DNA of 64,000 nt, from the NCBI RefSeq assembly GCF_009914755.1, contig NC_060947.1; one strand, given 5' to 3'. The notes under the pieces are model-generated. The model had not been told where the DNA came from and made no database searches. It saw only the letters and a list, made by a program, of their open reading frames with translations. Position 1 is the stretch's first letter, and each line of letters starts with the position of its first letter. A program made the position numbers and the translations under genes. The stretch is from the human T2T-CHM13v2.0 reference genome, Homo sapiens. This document shows, one piece after another, positions 57,144-64,000 of this stretch.

Positions 57144-59273
57144 CTATGACAAACCCACAGCCAACATAATATTGAATGGGGAAAATGTTGAAAGCATTCT
57201 CCCTGAGATCTAGAACAAGGCAAGGATGCCCACTTTCATCAAATTTATTTGGCATAGTACTGGAAGTTCTAGCCAAACCAATCAGATAAGAGGAAGAAAT
57301 AAAGGGTATTTGAATGGGTAAACAGGAAGTCAAACTGTCACTGTTTGCTGATGATATGATTGTATACCTATAAAACCCTAAAGATTCCTCCAAAAATCTC
57401 TTAGAACTAATAAATGAATTCAGCAGTTTCAGGATAAAAAATTAATGTACACAATTCAGTAGTTTTTCTATACATCAACAGAGACCAAGCTGAGAATCAA
57501 ATCACGAACTAAAACCCTTTACAATAGCTGTGAAAAAAATAAAACACTTAAAATTATACCTAACCAAGGAGGTAAAAGACGTCTACAAAGAAAATTTCAA
57601 AACACTCCTGAAATAAATCATAGATGACAGAAAAAATTGAAAACATATTTTGTTCTCATAGATGAGTAGAATCAATATTGTGAAATGGCCATACTGCCAA
57701 AAACAATCTACACATTCAATTCAATTCCCATGAAAGTACCAACATTATTCCTCACAGAGCTAGAAAAAACAATCCCAACATTCATATGGAACCAAAAAAG
57801 AGCCCACATAGGCAAAGCAAGACTAAGCAAAGAGAACAAGTCCGAAGGCATCACATTACCTGACTTCAAACTATACTATGAAGCTATAGTCACCAAAACA
57901 GCATGGTACTGGTATAAAATTTGGCACAGACCAATGGAACAAAATAGAAAACCCAGAAATAAACTGAAATATTTACAGCCACCTGATCTTTGACAAAGCA
58001 CACGAAAACATAAATCGGGGAAATGACACCTTATTCAACAAATCTTGCTGGGATATTTGGCAAGCCACATGTAGGAGAATGAAACCAGATTCTCATCTCT
58101 TACTTTACACAAAAGTCAACCCAAGATGGATCAAGGATTTAAATCTAAGACCTAAATCTATAAAAATTCTAGAAGATAACATCAGAAAAAACATTTTAGA
58201 CATTGGCTTAGACAAAGAATTCATGACCAAGAATTCAAAAGAAAATGCAACATAAACAAAGATAACTAGGTTGGACTTCACTAAACTAAAGAGCTTCTGC
58301 ACAGCAAAAGGAACTTCCAGCAGAGTAAACAGCCCTCAGAGTGAGAGAAAATCTTCACAACCTATACATTCAACAAAAGACTAATATCCAGAATCTACAA
58401 GGAACTCAAACAAATTAGCAACAAAAAATCTAACAATCCCTTCAAAAAGTGGGTTAAACACATGCATAGACAATTCCCAAAATAAAATATACTAAATGGC
58501 CAACAAGCATGTGATAAAATGCTCAACATCACTAATGATCAGGAGCAAGCAAATCAAAACCACAATGCTATACCACCTTACACCTGTAAGAATGGCCATT
58601 ATCAAAAAATTTAAAAAAATAATAGATCTTGGCATGGATGCAGGAAAAGAGGAGCACTTCTACACTGCTGGTGGTAATGTAAACTAGTACGACCACTATG
58701 GAAAACAGTGTGGAGATTTCTTAAAAAACTAAAAGTAGAACTACCATTTTATTCAGCAATCCCATGACTGGGTATCTACCCAGAGGAAAAGAAGTCATTA
58801 TATTAAAAAGATACTTGCACACATATGTTTATAGCAGCACAAGTCACAATTGCAAAAATATGAAACCAGCCCAATTGCCCATCAATAAATGAGTGGATAA
58901 AGAAATTTTGGCATGTATGTATGATGGAGTAATACTCAAGTCATAAAAAAGAATGGATTAATGGCATTTACAACAACCTGCATGGAACTGGAGATTATTA
59001 TTCTAAGTAAAGTAACTCAGAAATGGAAAACCAAACATTGTATGTTCTCACTTATAAGTGGAAGCTAACCTGTGGGGATACAAAGTCATAAGAATGATAC
59101 AATGGACTTTAGGGACTTGAGGGAAAGGGTGGGAGGAGGGTGAGGCATCATATACTACAAATTGTGTTGTGTATACTGCTCAGGTGATAGGTGCAGCAAA
59201 ATCTCACAAATCACCACCAAAGAATTTACTCATGTAGTCAAACACCATCTGCTTTCCAAAGACCTATAAAAAG

Positions 59274-59333
<60 letters not shown>
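59274..59333. repeat. (TA)n(TG)n compound microsatellite in the L1PB1 tail
   Basis: Short TA run followed by an uninterrupted run of ~22 TG units. Confidence 0.97.
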
Positions 59334-62300
59334 GTAAAACAAAAACAAAACACTAAAAAAGTCTTATGTAATATACCGAGTTCAGAAAAAAAAAGACCTG
59401 ATTAAGGAATAAAGGACTATTTAAGCCACTAAAAAAAAGAAAAGAAAGAAAGCGATGGGTAGAAAGTTTATTGAAAGGGATAATAACAGAGAACTTTCCA
59501 AACTTACAGAAATATATCAATATGCATGTAAGAGAAGCTTATAGATCTGGCAGCAGACTTTTATTGAAAACCTCAAAGGCCAGGAGAGATTAGAATAACA
59601 TGCTTAACGTGCTGAAGGGGAAAAATGTATTTTACCTTAAAATATTATATCTAGTGAAAATATCCATCAAACGTGATGGAGAACTAAAGACTTTCCCAAG
59701 CAAACAAAAGCTGAGAGACTTCATCAATACCAGAACCGTCCTTTAAGAGATGCTAAATGGAGTAGTTTAATCAGAAAAAAAAGGACATTAATGAGCAATA
59801 AATAATCAACTGAATGTACAAAACCTACTGGTAAAAGTAAGTACACAGAAAAACACAAACTATTATAACACTGTAACTATGGTGTGTAAACTGTTCTTAT
59901 CTGAAGTAGAAAGACTAAATGATAAACCAATCAAAAATAATAATTACAACAGCTTTTCAAAACATAGTCAATATAATAATAAAAAATAGAAATAACAGAA
60001 AGTTAAAAAGCCAAGGGACAAAGTTAAGGTGAGTTTTTGTTATTTTTCTCTTTGTTCGTTTATGCATTTAGTAGTAAGTTGTTATGAGGTTAAAATATTG
60101 ACTCGTATTTGCAATCCTCATGGTAGCCAAAAAACAAAAACAAAAAAATACGGTAAATACACAAAACAAAAGCAAGAAAATAAATCATATCATCAGAGAA
60201 AATCATTTCCACTAGAAGACAGGAATAAAGGAAAAAGTGAAGAGAAAAACAACCAGAAAGCATTAAAATGGCAGGAGTAATAACATTGAATGTAAATGGA
60301 CTAAATTCTCCAATCAAAAGACAGAGACTGACTGAATGAATTAAAAAAAAGGACTCATTGACCTCTTGCATACAAAAAACACATTTTGCCTATAAAGACA
60401 CACATAGTTAGATAATAAAGGAATAGAAAAAGACATCTAATGCCAATGGAAACCAAAAAAGAGCAGGAGTCACTATACTTACATTAGAAAAATAAATTTT
60501 GAGAGAATAACTATAAAAACAGACACAGAAGGTAACTAATGATAAAGAGGTCAATTTAGCAAGATAATATAACAATTTTAAATATATATGCACCCAACAC
60601 TGGAGCACCGAGATACATAAAGGAAATATTATTAGAGCTAGAGAGATAGGCCACAATACAATAATAGATAGTGACATCAACACCCCACTTTTCACATTAG
60701 CCAGATCCTCCACACTGAAAATCAACAAACGTTAGTATTAATCTGCACTGTAGAACAAATGGATTTAATAGGTATTTACAGAATACTTCATCCAAGAGCT
60801 GCAGAATACACATTATTTTCCTCAGCATATGAATTATTCTCAAAAGTAGATCATATATTATGTCCCCAAAAAATCTTAAAACTTTCAAAAAAATTGAAAT
60901 TATATCAAGCATCTTCTCTGAACATAATGGGATAAAACTAGAGATGAATAACAGGAGAAATTTTGGAAATTTTACAAATGCCTAGAAATTAAACACTACA
61001 CTTCTGAATGACCAGTGGGCCAGTGAAGATATTAAGAAGAAAAGAGAAACTCTTCTTGAAACAAATAATAATGCAAACACAACATACTAAAACTTATGGA
61101 ATATAGCAAAAGCAATACTGAGAAGGAAATTTATAGCTATAACTGTCTACATCTAAACAGAGAAAAGCCTTCAAATAATAAGTGTAATAATGCATCTTAA
61201 AGAACTAGAAAAGCAAGATGAAAGCACACCCAAAATTAGCAGGAAAAAAAGGAAATTATAAAGATCGAAGCAGAAATAAAATTGGAATGAAAAAATACAA
61301 AATGTTAATGAAACAAAAAGTTGTGGGTTTCTTGGAAATTTACACAAAATTGAAAACCTGTAGCCACACAAAGACAAAAAAGATAAAAAAAAAATCAGAA
61401 ATGAAAGAGGAGAGAGTATAAATGTTACTGTAGACATTCAAAGGATCATTATTGGCTACTATAAGAAACTATATGCCAATAAATTGGAAAATCTAGAATA
61501 AATGGACAAATTTCCAGACACACACATCACACCAAGGTTAAATTAAGAAACCCAATATCTGAACAGACCAATAACAAGTAACTACATTGAAGCTGTAATA
61601 AAACTCTGCCAGTAATGAAAACCCTAGGACCTGATTTTTATCAAACTGCTGAATTTTATCAAACATTTAGAGAACTAATACCAATCCTACTTAAACTATT
61701 CCAAAAAATAGAGGAGAAGGGAATACTTTCAAACTCATTCTATGAGGCCAGTGTTACCCTGATATGAAAACTAGAAAAAGACACATTTTAAAAGGAAAAT
61801 GACAGGCCAATATTTCTGATGTATATTGATGCAAAAATACTCAACAAAATACTAGCAAAGCAAATTCAACAATACGTTAGAAAGATCATTCATCATGACC
61901 AAGTGAGATTTATCCCAGGGATGTAAGGATGGTTCAACATATACAAATCAATAAATGTAATACATATCAACAGAATGAAGGATAAATCTATATGATAATT
62001 TCAATTGATGTTGAGAAAGCATTGGATAAAATTCAAAATCCTTTCGTAATAAAAACTCTAAAAAAACTGGGGATGTAAGGAATGTAACTCAACATAATGA
62101 AAATCATATATGACAGATTCACAGGTAGTATTATACTTAATAAGGAAAAACTAAAAAACTTTCATATAAGATCTGAAACAAGACAAGAATGTCCATTGTC
62201 ACCATTGTTATTTTACATAGTGCTGGAAGTTCTAGCTAGAGCAAACATACACAAGAAACATATAAAGGACATCCAAATTGGAAATGAGCAAGTCAAATTT

Positions 62301-64000
62301 CTTTGTTTTCAGATGATATTATATATGGAAAATTCTGAAGATTCCACAAGAAAACTACTAGAAGTGATAAACACATTCAGTAAAGTTTCAGGATACAAAA
62401 TCAATGTACAAAACTTGGTAGTATTTCTATATGTCAACAGTGAACAATGTGAAAAAGAAATTTAAAAAGTAATCCCATTTAAAATAAGCACACATAAAAT
62501 TAAATACCTAGGAATTAATATAACCAAAGAAGTGAAAGATTGTAACTAAAACTATAAAACACTGATGAAAGAAATTGAAGAGGTCACCAAAAAAATGGAG
62601 AGATATTCCCTGTTCACGAGTTGAAAGAATCAATCAATATTGTTAAAATGTCCATACTCTATAGATTCAATGCAATCCCTACCAAAATGCCAATGACTTT
62701 CTCGCAGAAATAGAGAAAAAAAAAAAACAATTCTAAGATTTATATGGAACCACAAAACACCCAGAAGAACCAAAGGTTTCCTGAGCTAAAAAAAAAAAAA
62801 AAAAAAAGAATCACATTACTTGACTTGAAATTATAATGCAAAGCTGTAGTAACCAAAATAGCAAAATAGTACTGGCAAAAAAAACAAAAACAAACAAAAA
62901 CAAAAACAAAAACAAAACACATAGACCAATACAATAGAACAGAGAACCCAGGAACAAATTCAAACACCTACAGTGAACTCATTTTCAAGAAAGATGCCAA
63001 GACATACACTGGGGGAAAAGAGAGTATCTTAATAAATGGCCCTGAAGAAACTGCATATCCACATGCAGAAGAATAAAACTAGACCTCTATATCTTTTTGA
63101 TTTAACAAAAATTAAATCAAAATGGATTGAAAACGTAAATCGAAGACCTCAAACGATGAAGTTACTTCAGAAGAACATTGGGGAATATCTCCAGGACATT
63201 GATCTGAGCAAATTTTCTTGAGCAATACTCCACAAACACAAACAAAGCAAAAGTGAACAAATGGGATCACGTCAAGTGAAAGGGCTTCTGCACAGCAAAG
63301 GATACAATCAACAAAATGAAGAGACAACCAAGATAATAGGGGAAAATATTTGCAAATTACACATCTAACAAGGGATGAATAACCAGAATATATAAGAAAC
63401 TCAAACAACTCTATAGAAAAAAACTAATAATGTGATCAAAAAGTGGGCAAAAGATTTAAATAGTTATTTCTAAAAAGAAGACACACAAATGACAAGCAGG
63501 CATTTGAAAAGGTTCTCAACATCATTGATCATCAGAGAAATGCAAATCAAATATACAATGAGATATCATCTCTCCCCAAGTAAAATTGCTTATATCCAAA
63601 ACAGGCAATAAAAAACGCTGGAGAAGATAGAGAGAAAGGAAACCCTTGTACACTGTTAGTGGGAATGTAAATTAGTACAACCACTATGGAGAACAGTTTA
63701 GAGGTTTCTCAAAAAACTAAAAATTGAGCTAACATATGTTCCAGAAATCTCATTTCTGGATACATATGCAAAAGAAAGGAAATCAGTATATCAAAAAGAT
63801 ATCTGCACTCCTATTTTTGTTGCAGCACTGTTTACAATAGCGAAGATTTGGAAGCAACCTGTGTCCATCAAGAGATAAATGGATAAAGAAAATGTGGCAT
63901 ATATATACAATGGAGTACTTATTCAGCCATAAAAAAGAATGAGATCCAGTCATTTGTGAAACATGGGTGGAAGTGGAGATTATTATGTTAACTGAAATAA

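Overview
Primate (most likely human) genomic DNA, AT-rich and CpG-poor, made mostly of interspersed repeats. I see no intact protein-coding gene, RNA gene, CpG island or prokaryotic-type system. The listed ORFs are fragments or antisense frames of L1, Alu and ERV sequence, low-complexity DNA, or short chance frames. The window opens with a >=1.95 kb structured (TA)-rich array that runs into an MLT2 LTR. It contains about 20 LTRs (ERV1, ERVK/MER9, ERVL/MLT2, MaLR), two partial ERVL proviruses, several deeply nested old L1s, about 10 Alus, and MIR/L2 relics. From 50.1 kb to the end, a full-length L1PB1 sits inside ORF1 of an L1MA2-type element. The most notable sequence-level observations are a 44-bp fold-back inverted duplication at the TA-array edge, two well-supported and one tentative L1 3' transductions, two complementary half-ERVL proviruses in reversed order, and a young 54-bp tandem duplication. 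Repeat subfamily names come from recalled consensus sequences and were not checked by search. Boundaries without a stated TSD are approximate. I found no evidence for a new biological system.
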